Shown: one piece after another, positions 23,702 to 33,005 of the stretch | Position numbering within the stretch: the stretch's first letter is position 1 | How the letters are laid out: every line of letters begins with the position of its first letter | Notes under the pieces: generated by a model | Seen by the model: the letters and a program-made list of their open reading frames with translations, nothing else | The model's database searches: none | Told to the model about the DNA's origin: nothing | Virus record (IMG/VR): IMGVR_UViG_3300017933_000003 | Location: 15,653-79,652 of that record | Source: a virus | Lineage: Duplodnaviria; Caudoviricetes | Strand: one strand, 5' to 3' | DNA: 64,000 nucleotides | Made by a program: the position numbers and the translations under genes

Positions 23702-24010
23702 ATGACACAGAAAGTTTGTCAGGAAGTCTATAAGCAAGAGGGCTGCCCTGATCGCCATTGCACATTAGATTACTATCACGTTGGTTGCTGTGAAGACGAA
23801 ACAGGTTTTATGTTTATCGTCGAGCATCTACCTTTGGGTTTCAAGGTATATTGGCCGGACCATCTAGGTAATGGACCAAGTGGGTATCCTATGAACAACC
23901 CAGCCTTCGATAAGGCTGCCCAAAAGGTGCTCGACGAACGTAAAGAAGATATTGAACAGGCTGAAGATTTTTTGAAAGTGTTAGGTAATAACCTTCGACG
24001 ATTGAAATAG
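23702..24010 (+). CDS. hypothetical protein
   Basis: ORF track. Confidence 0.7.
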   Translation: MTQKVCQEVYKQEGCPDRHCTLDYYHVGCCEDETGFMFIVEHLPLGFKVYWPDHLGNGPSGYPMNNPAFDKAAQKVLDERKEDIEQAEDFLKVLGNNLRRLK

Positions 24011-24031
24011 ATCATATTCAGGAAAGAAAAT

Positions 24032-24652
24032 ATGCTACCTCCCAAAGATGAAGATCCAACCCTGTGGTCCTTAAAATTTCAATACCAACAGCGAGACTGG
24101 TTCTATGATGTTGGGTATGATCAATTTGGTCGTCCCGTGTTATACGTTAAGTATGAGTGCCCAGAAACTATCTGGGATATCCCAGATCGTTGGGATGGCA
24201 AACAGTTGCTGGTGCACTTTGCACCCAGTGCTCCCAATTGGAAGAGCGATTATGTTAGCGTAGAGTCTACCTCTCGTCTACCTGTAGCGGTATCGTTCTC
24301 TCCCAAGGTTTTTATCGAAGCTGCTAAAACAGCTCAAACCAAAGGTATCGATACTGGATTCGTTGGAGCTATGGATGCTGAAGGGATAGCAATATTGGAT
24401 CGGTTGGCAGAGCAGGAAGAAGCAGAGCGAGAGCGTGAGCTGGAACTGAGTGTTCGAGCACTGACTGACGAACTGGATCGGTTGGAACGGATCTGCGGTA
24501 GTAATATCTTGCAGGACATTTTCTATGAAGTCCAGGATGGTAAGAACGCTGTCACCAACCTATCTGCCAAATTCCCTGAGGTTCGTCAAAGGATGGAGAA
24601 GTTGCATGCCAAGTATGGCTTCGATATTATCTACGAGGAGTTGGATGGCTGA
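24032..24652 (+). CDS. hypothetical protein
   Basis: ORF track. Confidence 0.75.
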   Translation: MLPPKDEDPTLWSLKFQYQQRDWFYDVGYDQFGRPVLYVKYECPETIWDIPDRWDGKQLLVHFAPSAPNWKSDYVSVESTSRLPVAVSFSPKVFIEAAKTAQTKGIDTGFVGAMDAEGIAILDRLAEQEEAERERELELSVRALTDELDRLERICGSNILQDIFYEVQDGKNAVTNLSAKFPEVRQRMEKLHAKYGFDIIYEELDG

Positions 24653-24872
24653 TTGCGTTCTACGTCACGATTTTTCCTGTCTCCACGCAGGTAAAGTCTG
24701 TGCTTGGGATAGCTATGATTATAGCGATCCAAAAACCAAATTGGTAACTCATTTGGAACCAGGCACTTCAGCTAAGATAATCTCCAGGAAGTTTCCTGGA
24801 ATCTTGGTGAAAATTAGTGACGGAACCCAATATTGGGTATGTGAATGGGATGTTTATAAAATCGGTGGGTAA
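24645..24872 (+). CDS. hypothetical protein
   Basis: start MADCV with GAGGAG SD. Confidence 0.6.
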   Translation: MADCVLRHDFSCLHAGKVCAWDSYDYSDPKTKLVTHLEPGTSAKIISRKFPGILVKISDGTQYWVCEWDVYKIGG

Positions 24873-24889
24873 GTGCAAAGGAGTTAAAA

Positions 24890-25408
24890 ATGACGAATGT
24901 TAAAACGATTTCCAAAAATAGAATAAGCGAACTATTGGAATTATTTTCCAACGGCGATAATGCTGATTTCAAATTAGAACTATTCGATGGTCTAATGCTA
25001 TCTAAAAGAAGCTTAGTAGAAGCAAAGGTTCAAATAGACCGATGGAATACGGTTACTACACAATGGATTTTTCATAGCTCAAAAGAGCAAATGGTTATTT
25101 CTCTTTTTGAGAAAGATAATGTAGAAAATTTAAATACTAGCGGGATCAAGGAAGCCTTAAAGGTAGTTGTTAAATATTCCACTGCCTTAGATCTCAATAA
25201 GAATGTAGATGACTTAACAGGGGAAGAATTAAAGTCTCTTTTCAAAATAAATAATTCTTCGTTCCGAATTTGGGGAGCTGATGTGATTTTTACGGACAAT
25301 ATCGATCCTCATATGGGTATTGGGCTATCCGTAAATAACGATGATACTTTACGCCCTAATGATAGTGGGAAATTAGCTAATAGCATTGTCGTTTTTGATA
25401 TACCATAA
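24890..25408 (+). CDS. hypothetical protein
   Basis: AAGGAG SD. Confidence 0.75.
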   Translation: MTNVKTISKNRISELLELFSNGDNADFKLELFDGLMLSKRSLVEAKVQIDRWNTVTTQWIFHSSKEQMVISLFEKDNVENLNTSGIKEALKVVVKYSTALDLNKNVDDLTGEELKSLFKINNSSFRIWGADVIFTDNIDPHMGIGLSVNNDDTLRPNDSGKLANSIVVFDIP

Positions 25409-25419
25409 TTTGGAGAAAT

Positions 25420-25776
25420 ATGGGAACCGAAAAGAAACTCATCCGCAAGAATTTTCGAGACGCTGTGTTCAAGCGTGATGGGCATATGTGTGCCATGTGC
25501 GGCACGACTTCTGCGATCTGGCAAGCCGCACATAAAATTCCTATTACTATTGAGACTTGTCTCGACGCCCATCACATAAGCGATCGAAATTTGCTCCCTA
25601 ATGGCGGATACGTTCTCGAGAACGGCATTTCTCTCTGCCCCGACTGTCATCTAAAAGCCGAAGAGTTTCATTCTACTGGGGCAGCCCATCCTGGTTATGC
25701 TCCCGAGGATTTGTATAAAGTAATCAACTCTACATATGAAATAGCGGTGGAAGCAAGCAAAAAATTGAAATCTTGA
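25420..25776 (+). CDS. HNH endonuclease
   Basis: RDGHMCAMCG...LDAHHI...NGISLCPDCH. Confidence 0.85.
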   Translation: MGTEKKLIRKNFRDAVFKRDGHMCAMCGTTSAIWQAAHKIPITIETCLDAHHISDRNLLPNGGYVLENGISLCPDCHLKAEEFHSTGAAHPGYAPEDLYKVINSTYEIAVEASKKLKS

Positions 25777-25894
25777 TATAGGTTATTATAGGGTTGTCTT
25801 CTAATAAAAAGGCATTTCTATATCCCAATTACTATAGGAGGAATTCACTACTTTTTCTTTTCACGCTCAACTCTTATCATATTGGAGTAGCATT

Positions 25895-26254
25895 ATGACT
25901 ATCAACGACTTGAAAGTTCTAACACTAATTGACACAAAAAACTCTAACGACCAAGATGAGGAATTTAATATCCCGATCGATATCTCTGACATTATTAGCA
26001 TTTGCAGAGAATATAATAAGTTAGGATGGCAAATTCAACAACAAGTAGAGAATATTCTAGAAGTCGGTATGGAAGAGTCCATTAAAACTGGATACGTGAA
26101 AAAAGAAGCTTTACCTCTTATCAAGAATTTTTTGCGTCAGCTTTCTAACAATCCTTACTTCGGCGATGCAGTAAGCCAGGCACACGATGTCATTAAGTTG
26201 ATCCAGAAATATGAACAAGAGCATGGCATTATCTATGTTTCTAGTTTTAATTAA
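25895..26254 (+). CDS. hypothetical protein
   Basis: GGAG SD. Confidence 0.75.
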   Translation: MTINDLKVLTLIDTKNSNDQDEEFNIPIDISDIISICREYNKLGWQIQQQVENILEVGMEESIKTGYVKKEALPLIKNFLRQLSNNPYFGDAVSQAHDVIKLIQKYEQEHGIIYVSSFN

Positions 26255-26287
26255 AGCCGATTAAAGAAATTTCCGATATATGGGAGA

Positions 26288-26734
26288 GTGAACACTCACT
26301 CTCCCATTTTTGGTATCATGAACGATTTATTTGACAAAGAAGAACACGCTAAGAACCTGTATGTCATCAAGCATAAGCTGGGCGACCTAAAAAAGGTGCC
26401 CTATGGGAATCATTTTGAGTGGCAGATCGGGCACTACGTGGTTAAGATATTCTGTGCCAAGCATGGCGATCCCTCCCCACTATTTATTACACAGTGTGAA
26501 AAGGTGGACGTTCATGTCTATGAAGTGTCACGTCGTGAGGGCAAAGAGCAAGAAAAGTTGCTCGACCTACTAAATGAGCCCCTGTTCAAAAACTACAAAC
26601 CCATTCAATACAACACCATCCAAACCCCTAATGGAACCATCAATTTGAGTGATGGTTCTGAAATTCCCATTACTTATCTTTGTGAATTAATTCGTTATCT
26701 ACATCGTTTAGCTAATTTGTCTGTTTTTATGTGA
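26288..26734 (+). CDS. hypothetical protein
   Basis: GGGAG SD, GTG start. Confidence 0.7.
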   Translation: MNTHSPIFGIMNDLFDKEEHAKNLYVIKHKLGDLKKVPYGNHFEWQIGHYVVKIFCAKHGDPSPLFITQCEKVDVHVYEVSRREGKEQEKLLDLLNEPLFKNYKPIQYNTIQTPNGTINLSDGSEIPITYLCELIRYLHRLANLSVFM

Positions 26735-26928
26735 GGTATATCATGTTGAAGGAAGATATTTATAGCCTACAAACCATCGTCCGTGAATACGGAACCAAAG
26801 GAGCGGTAGCTGGGCTGATGGTAGCCTTGCAACGGTATGCGGATGAAATGTCTGATTTGGGACTGAAGGAGAAGGCGATTCAGGCTGCCAATATGGCAGA
26901 TGTGTTACGTGATATCAACGACGAGTAA
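26731..26928 (+). CDS. hypothetical protein
   Basis: ORF track. Confidence 0.65.
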   Translation: MRYIMLKEDIYSLQTIVREYGTKGAVAGLMVALQRYADEMSDLGLKEKAIQAANMADVLRDINDE

Positions 26929-26949
26929 AACAGAGATATAGGTAGTAGT

Positions 26950-27450
26950 ATGCTTGCAATTCTCATCACCGTCATCATCACCTTTTTTGTTGGCAGTTTG
27001 TTTGGTTATGTCGTCCATTATTCTTTGCATCAGTCTTGGATGGGCAGGTTTAATGATGCTCATATGACACATCACCTGAAGTTATATCCACCCAGTGATT
27101 ATGTCTCGGATAAGTATCGAAATGCTGGTAAGGACAATACTGTTATTATTTTTGGATTGGCTGCGGTGCCCATCTTTGCGGTCCCTGTCGTTTTAGGAAT
27201 ATTACATATGTTACCATTAACACTAGTGATTACCTCACTAATTGTTATGTCAATTATGAGTTTGCTACATAGCTATCTACATGACTCCTTTCACATTAGG
27301 AACCATTGGCTACATCGTGTGCCAGGAATAGGTAAGCTGTTTTCCCATTGGGTTCATATTCATTGGCTACATCATGTCGATATGGACACTAACTATGGGA
27401 TATTCATTTTCTTTTTGGATAGATTGTTTGGAACCTATTGGTCTGATTAA
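26950..27450 (+). CDS. fatty acid hydroxylase/sterol desaturase family membrane di-iron protein
   Basis: His boxes YVVHYSLH, HMTHH, YLHDSFH, HWLHH, NYGI. Confidence 0.85.
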   Translation: MLAILITVIITFFVGSLFGYVVHYSLHQSWMGRFNDAHMTHHLKLYPPSDYVSDKYRNAGKDNTVIIFGLAAVPIFAVPVVLGILHMLPLTLVITSLIVMSIMSLLHSYLHDSFHIRNHWLHRVPGIGKLFSHWVHIHWLHHVDMDTNYGIFIFFLDRLFGTYWSD

Positions 27451-27461
27451 CGGAGATTACT

Positions 27462-27968
27462 ATGAATGACCGAATCGACCCTAGTGGCGGACTTTTTACC
27501 GTTGACTGTGAGTGTGGCACCACCTTTGTAGTAGAGGATATTGTATGCCCCTCTTGTCATAAGATGAAGGGAACACTCAAGTTGCATATTCCCAAGTTCC
27601 TAACCAGAGTCTATACGTTCTCGGAGGAAGATCAAGACGATGATGCCTTGGATGTTATCTTTGATGTCTTCTGGAACTTACACAACAAGTTCGATATCAT
27701 GAATGATATCCTGGGTCAGCTTGACTTCAATAAACTTAATGAGAATTTGATGGTAGGCTTGATGACGCAAACCTTCAAATATGCTCAACAAGTTCCGAAC
27801 CATAAAATATTGTGCGACAAGTCGGAAGCTCGTATGAGAGAGCAGGGAGCCGACGATAAGTTAATTCATGACCTAGTGGATCCTTATCGTGTTGATGCTG
27901 AGAAATACTGGAAGGATATGGAAGCTTTCGGCGCCCCCGAATGGCTAACCGGTCCCAAACCACAATGA
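27462..27968 (+). CDS. hypothetical protein with N-terminal zinc ribbon
   Basis: CECG...CPSC. Confidence 0.7.
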   Translation: MNDRIDPSGGLFTVDCECGTTFVVEDIVCPSCHKMKGTLKLHIPKFLTRVYTFSEEDQDDDALDVIFDVFWNLHNKFDIMNDILGQLDFNKLNENLMVGLMTQTFKYAQQVPNHKILCDKSEARMREQGADDKLIHDLVDPYRVDAEKYWKDMEAFGAPEWLTGPKPQ

Positions 27969-27995
27969 AGTTAGGAATACTTCTACATCCTAATT

Positions 27996-28415
27996 ATGAA
28001 TAGCAATATGCTACTTCTGTTGTGCGTCTTATTGTGGGGCACCACGACCTTTCTGCAAAGGTTATCTGCGGACCACATGTCGCCTATTGTAATACAGACA
28101 GTAGTAGCGTTAGGGTTCGTTATATTTGTTCCAATTGCCTTTCATATGGAAGGTGGATTCTCCAATATTAGATGGTCTCCTTTAAGTATTGGTCTCAGTT
28201 TGACCGCAACGGCTTTATCTATTTGTGGTAACGTAGTCTTTTATTCTGTTCTAAAAGGCAGTAACCATACCGGTTCGATGGCTATGTTTCTGTGCCTTTA
28301 TCCGATTTGGACATTAGTATTATCAGTTATATTTTTGCACGAAGCTTTTACTGTGTCCAAAATTATTGGCATCGTAGCCATGATAATAGGAACAATTTTC
28401 TTGAGTTTGGGGTAA
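27996..28415 (+). CDS. EamA/DMT family membrane transporter
   Basis: hydrophobic helices; LWG, LYPIWTLVLSVIFLHE..KIIGI. Confidence 0.85.
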   Translation: MNSNMLLLLCVLLWGTTTFLQRLSADHMSPIVIQTVVALGFVIFVPIAFHMEGGFSNIRWSPLSIGLSLTATALSICGNVVFYSVLKGSNHTGSMAMFLCLYPIWTLVLSVIFLHEAFTVSKIIGIVAMIIGTIFLSLG

Positions 28416-28418
28416 TTT

Positions 28419-28922
28419 GTGCTAACTATTATCTTCTCCGAAGGACAGACTAATAACCTGTTTCTCAAGTTTTTTCGACCCTTTGTCCATAAATATCGCT
28501 CTACTCATGTCTCTTTCGGCATCGAAGTAGGAGACAAGCCATACATTTTCCACATGTCTTATAAGGGTGCTATTAGGACGCCTCGTGACCGATTTTTAAT
28601 TAAAAATGACATCGTGAAGGAGTATCGTATCCTGCCTGACCTTTCGGAAGAGTTGCAAGAGCACCTCAAATATTTGGGTAAAGCCAAGTATAATCATTTC
28701 TCTGCCATAGTGCATTTCGCTACTTTGCTCTTTCATCCACTCAAATTATTACTGATGTTCTTTAAGATTAGAAATGGGTTTTATTGTAGTAATTTTGCTC
28801 GTCAATTAGATAAAAATAATAAAATTAAATCTTGGAGAAATATTAATATACACTGGGCATCAGTCGATGAATTACAAGTAATTTGTGAAAGCAGCCCAGA
28901 ATTCATGGATATTACTAACTAA
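28419..28922 (+). CDS. permuted papain-like (NlpC/P60, YiiX-like) protein
   Basis: THVS near the N-terminus, YN, then FYCSNF. Confidence 0.55.
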   Translation: MLTIIFSEGQTNNLFLKFFRPFVHKYRSTHVSFGIEVGDKPYIFHMSYKGAIRTPRDRFLIKNDIVKEYRILPDLSEELQEHLKYLGKAKYNHFSAIVHFATLLFHPLKLLLMFFKIRNGFYCSNFARQLDKNNKIKSWRNINIHWASVDELQVICESSPEFMDITN

Positions 28923-29472
28923 TTGTAGTACATCTTTCTTTAATTAGCACTTGTGCTACAAGATGCATTTCTTTGACTGATAGATTATTACTTCTAACGG
29001 AATTACAAAAACTTCCACATGGTTGTACATTATCAGGAGTGTATCCTTTAGTATTATCAATACGATCTAAATTACAACCAGCGATTGTTTTATCACACAA
29101 TAAACCATTACAATAAATACAGGGCAAATCACATAGATCAGTAAATTGTTGGAGTGTTAACGACATTTCTCGCCGTATCTTTTTACAGCGTTTAATTAAT
29201 GCGCTATATCGACCTTTGATAGATGTGTATCGTTTCTTATTTTGAGTAGTCATAGAAAACTTGTATGATTCAGTTTCTTTATAAATTTCGTGATATTTCT
29301 TTTTGCGCCTGCGTTGTTCGGGCTTCTTTTCGAATGCTCGATGGTATGCTTTGGCACATTCTTTACAGGCGCCCGCTCGTTTATTTTGATCATACCATAG
29401 TGGATTGAAATCTTCTATTGGAAGATCTTTCTTGCATTTAATACAAATTTTTGTGATGTCCATGTTTATCAT
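28915..29472 (-). CDS. HNH homing endonuclease
   Basis: PCIYC...NLDRIDNTKGYTPDNVQPCGSFCN. Confidence 0.85.
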   Translation of the reverse strand: MINMDITKICIKCKKDLPIEDFNPLWYDQNKRAGACKECAKAYHRAFEKKPEQRRRKKKYHEIYKETESYKFSMTTQNKKRYTSIKGRYSALIKRCKKIRREMSLTLQQFTDLCDLPCIYCNGLLCDKTIAGCNLDRIDNTKGYTPDNVQPCGSFCNSVRSNNLSVKEMHLVAQVLIKERCTTIS

Positions 29473-29529
29473 GCGTTATTATTAGCACAGTGGTTATTAA
29501 TAATTGCGCTAACTCTTAACCGACTTATA

Positions 29530-29859
29530 TCACTGTTTTTTAGATTTTTTCTTGGGTTTCCCGCCCATATTTTTATAAACCGAATAAACGACCGCCCATG
29601 GTTCCTCATACTTCTTCCAGTATTTCTTGACCGCTTTCTTCGCCTTGTCCCAAGTCTTTTCGCTAGCAATAGAACCGGGTGGATTATGGGGTTTGAAGGT
29701 GGGAGCGGTGCCGTTCTCTTTGATTAGGCGGCGTTCTTCCTCCGTGATCCATTTGATGTCTTTAGCCTTCTTATCCTCGGGAGCGTGTTCCTCGTAGTGA
29801 TGTTCAGCTAATTTGATAGCGAATTGTTCTGCTAGTTCGGCTACTTTTGCAAAGCTCAT
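29530..29859 (-). CDS. small basic protein, ChaB-like C-terminus
   Basis: TWDKAKKAVKKYWKKYEEPWAVVYSVYK. Confidence 0.45.
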   Translation of the reverse strand: MSFAKVAELAEQFAIKLAEHHYEEHAPEDKKAKDIKWITEEERRLIKENGTAPTFKPHNPPGSIASEKTWDKAKKAVKKYWKKYEEPWAVVYSVYKNMGGKPKKKSKKQ

Positions 29860-29882
29860 ACTTGTAATGTAAGGATAGTAAT

Positions 29883-30515
29883 ATGTTAGATAAACCCGCT
29901 ATTATAGGCTGTGACGAAGTAGGTTATGGGTGTTTAGCTGGTCCTTTGGTGGTAGTAGGTATTAGGGCGCCCAAGGACTGGCACCTGGAGGGACTTAATG
30001 ATTCCAAGAAATTATCAGCCAAGAAACGCGAAGCTATGGCTGACAAGATGAATGACTTAATCGTGGATGGTTCTATTACCTGGGCATTAGCGGAGCGTTC
30101 CAATGTTGTTATCGATAAGTTTGGAGTGGCAGTAGCTCTCAAAGATGCTTATGTGGAGGTATTTCACCAACTCTATCAGTCGGACAGTTTAATAATTAGC
30201 GACGGAATCTTAAAATTTGACGAGCTGGGCGTGGATGGTTATGATATTCAGTCTCTAATAAAAGCCGACACCAAGATCCCGCAGGTGATGGCTGCCAGTA
30301 TTTTGGCGAAGGTGTATCGTGATGGTAAGATGAAAATTTTACATGAACTTCATCCTATGTACGGATGGAATAAAAATGTGGGGTATGGCTCTGCTACTCA
30401 CTTGCAAGCTATTGAAAAGTATGGACCTTCTCCTTTACATAGGTTTTCTTACGCTCCGATGCGTAATATGAAACTGACTGATCCCCGCCAATGCTTACTA
30501 CCTTTCAGTAAATGA
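29883..30515 (+). CDS. rnhB: ribonuclease HII
   Basis: GCDEVGYGCLAGP, LNDSKKL, IKAD, AASILAKV, KNVGYGS..H. Confidence 0.95.
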   Translation: MLDKPAIIGCDEVGYGCLAGPLVVVGIRAPKDWHLEGLNDSKKLSAKKREAMADKMNDLIVDGSITWALAERSNVVIDKFGVAVALKDAYVEVFHQLYQSDSLIISDGILKFDELGVDGYDIQSLIKADTKIPQVMAASILAKVYRDGKMKILHELHPMYGWNKNVGYGSATHLQAIEKYGPSPLHRFSYAPMRNMKLTDPRQCLLPFSK

Positions 30516-30610
30516 TGTTATATAGGAAATAACAATGTACGTCCCTATCTGGCTAATTATTATCTTTTTGTTACTAGCTTTTTGCTAATATTTTCGTATG
30601 GAAATATTGT

Positions 30611-30682
30611 GGCGGTGCCTATTGGATAGGCGGTCGTTTCATACGCGACCTATTGTGAGTTCGATTCTCACCTCCGCTACCA
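30611..30682 (+). tRNA. tRNA-Met/Ile2(CAT)
   Basis: GGTCG..TTCATAC..CGACC; GTGAG-TTCGATT-CTCAC; ACCA. Confidence 0.8.
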
Positions 30683-30687
30683 ACCAT

Positions 30688-30761
30688 GGGCGGTTAGTTA
30701 AATGGTATAACATATCCTTTACACGGATAATTCAGGGGTTCGATTCCCTTACTGCCTACCA
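30688..30761 (+). tRNA. tRNA-Val(TAC)
   Basis: cloverleaf, TATCC-TTTACAC-GGATA, ACCA. Confidence 0.95.
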
Positions 30762-30868
30762 GGTTTAATGATAGTTAGGGGAGCGCCCCGTTGTATAGCT
30801 GGGACTTGGTAAAGCTATCTGAACACGAAAGCCTGTCGCCGAGCCAATTAAGTGCAGGTCATTAAACT
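30762..30868 (+). ncRNA. unassigned structured RNA filling the Val-Val tRNA spacer
   Basis: 9-bp GTTTAATGA/TCATTAAAC closing stem, internal hairpins. Confidence 0.55.
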
Positions 30869-30870
30869 AT

Positions 30871-30944
30871 GGGCGATTAACTCAATGGTAGAGTGCTAGC
30901 ATGACTCGCTAGTTACAGGGGTTCGATTCCCTTATCGCCTACCA
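30871..30944 (+). tRNA. tRNA-Val(GAC)
   Basis: cloverleaf, CTAGC-ATGACTC-GCTAG, ACCA. Confidence 0.9.
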
Positions 30945-31048
30945 AATGAAATGGTATAAGTTTTGTGCCTTTTGTGATTTCATGGGCAACCAGCATCAAT
31001 CTCATTGCGTTTTCTATAAAGCCATGAGAGCAGCCTTATGGTCTCCTA

Positions 31049-31300
31049 ATGGAGTCTATGTCGCCTTGGATGCAAGGAGAGCTAATGAGCACGGTTGAAA
31101 ACTACGATGGTCTCTGCGGCATCATTCATCTCGCTGCTTCTTCTAGCAAGCAGGTTAGGTGCAATTATGAGTTAGGTCATCATGGTCCTCACTCTTGGGC
31201 GAACAAGAAGGTAGCTTACCACATCTGTGGTTGTACCGAGGATAGATGGTACGAAGAGAAACAATTCATCGCTTCTGTTATGGCTAGTATCAAAAAGTAA
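31049..31300 (+). CDS. hypothetical protein (Cys/His-rich)
   Basis: ORF track. Confidence 0.6.
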   Translation: MESMSPWMQGELMSTVENYDGLCGIIHLAASSSKQVRCNYELGHHGPHSWANKKVAYHICGCTEDRWYEEKQFIASVMASIKK

Positions 31301-31319
31301 TCCTTTATTGGAGATTTTA

Positions 31320-31661
31320 ATGACTAAAGAAGAGTTTTATGAACTGATTAAGCAGTGGTCTCATGATACCTGCTTTTTGTCGTATCATGACACCCAGCAT
31401 GAAGCTTATCTCAAAGCCCTACAGGCTGGGGAAGAAATTATTCCTTGGGCACTAGAGAGATTGAAGGACAGTATTGGTCATGATAGTGGGAACACCATGG
31501 ATCGTGACAACTCTCCGTGGTTTACCGTCTGCCTATTGGGCGATCTGAGCAAAGGTGAATGTTTGGCTACTATGCCTCGCGAGTATGCCGGTAGGCTGGT
31601 CAAGATTAGAGAACACATCCTCCAGTGGGGCGAGTCTAAAGGCTTCATTAAGCTATCATAA
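31320..31661 (+). CDS. hypothetical protein
   Basis: GGAG SD before MTKEEF. Confidence 0.7.
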   Translation: MTKEEFYELIKQWSHDTCFLSYHDTQHEAYLKALQAGEEIIPWALERLKDSIGHDSGNTMDRDNSPWFTVCLLGDLSKGECLATMPREYAGRLVKIREHILQWGESKGFIKLS

Positions 31662-31740
31662 ACAAAAATGCCAGATGATTGTTCACCTGGCATTCCCGTA
31701 TTGATTGACTCCGAAACACTATATCACGCGTTTTCTGGAC

Positions 31741-32679
31741 TCACAAGATTGACCATGTAAGTGCAAGAGCATTGAATGCCCAAGTATCATTGGCTGCTTG
31801 TCCCGTGGTAGCATCAATACCGCCGAACAGAATAGTTCTGCTAGATTGAGAATCATAAGCTAATTGAGCACCAATACGACCAGATGGTCCGGCGCCAATA
31901 GCCGCCTGAGTCCAAGTAGTTCCGTTGTAAACCCAAGTCTCTGGCAAGTAATTGTATTCGTTCTCACCGCCAAACATGACGTATAGACCACCGTGAGAGT
32001 CATAAGTCATAGCAGCATTGCTTCTAACAGAAGGAGAGGCGGTCGGAGTTTGCTGAGCCCACGTGGTTCCGTTAAAGATCCAGGTGTCATTGAATTGGCT
32101 GTTGGATCCTTGACCACCAAAGAGAACGATACCTAAAGGACCGGTAGACATAGCATGATAGACACGAGCGTTGGGACCTGCTCCATTAGCTACGCTCACT
32201 TGAGACCAATTAAGACCACTGCCGTCCCAGATCCAGGTTTCATTTAAGTAAACGCCGTTACCAGCTCCACCAAAACCACCGAACATGACGGTGCCAATAC
32301 CAGCAATAAAGCCAGCTTTAGCGCCGAAACGACCAAATGGGGTAACGGTTGGGGATCTCTTGGTCCAAGCCGTTCCGCTCCAAGTCCAGGTATCTTGAAA
32401 GATTTGACCAGAAGCACCACCCGCACCACCGTACAACATAACGTTATAACCATCATATACGAAGGTCATTTGGGTGCGACCGGGTAGTGGTCCATTAGCA
32501 TCAATTAGGGTAGTGCCAGTGTTAGTCCAGTCATTTACGTTTCCGTTAAACGTCCAGGTTTCATTTAGAAAGTTGGAGAAGGCAGGATAGTTGCCGGTAT
32601 CCATTAGAACGAGATAGCCGTCAGCATCCGGACCAGCCATACCAGAGAAAGAGCAACGAAGTGGGGAGTGTGCAGTCAT
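31741..32679 (-). CDS. Kelch/galactose-oxidase-like beta-propeller protein
   Basis: repeated LFGG...DTWxW units. Confidence 0.85.
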   Translation of the reverse strand: MTAHSPLRCSFSGMAGPDADGYLVLMDTGNYPAFSNFLNETWTFNGNVNDWTNTGTTLIDANGPLPGRTQMTFVYDGYNVMLYGGAGGASGQIFQDTWTWSGTAWTKRSPTVTPFGRFGAKAGFIAGIGTVMFGGFGGAGNGVYLNETWIWDGSGLNWSQVSVANGAGPNARVYHAMSTGPLGIVLFGGQGSNSQFNDTWIFNGTTWAQQTPTASPSVRSNAAMTYDSHGGLYVMFGGENEYNYLPETWVYNGTTWTQAAIGAGPSGRIGAQLAYDSQSSRTILFGGIDATTGQAANDTWAFNALALTWSIL

Positions 32680-32813
32680 ATTATCCTCTTATTAAAAGTC
32701 AATCAAAACTTCAATACTTAAACCTATGGCATAAAAGTGATAGAATATTTTCAAGGATTTTGTTAATAATTTCCTTTTTAATATCGGGGCATAAGCTGAT
32801 ATAAATGATACAC

Positions 32814-32888
32814 GCTTCTGTAATTCAGTGGTAGAATGCTGCGCTTCCAACGCAGACGTCGCTGGTTCGAATCCAGTCGGAAGCTCCA
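32814..32888 (+). tRNA. tRNA-Gly(TCC)
   Basis: cloverleaf, CTGCG-CTTCCAA-CGCAG, TCCA. Confidence 0.95.
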
Positions 32889-33005
32889 GGACGAATGCAG
32901 ATAGAATTACATTGGATAAAGTTGGGCGCAAGCCTGGCGAGATAGTTCAAGCCTATCAACAGTTCCGTGAGGAATTGAAAACAATTTTATCAATTCTTGT
33001 CGTCT
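32889..33005 (+). ncRNA. tRNA-spacer RNA motif, extended copy
   Basis: GGACGA/TCGTCT, ATGC, GATAGAATT/AATTTTATC, ACAT, AATTCTTG; two GNRA hairpins in loop. Confidence 0.65.
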
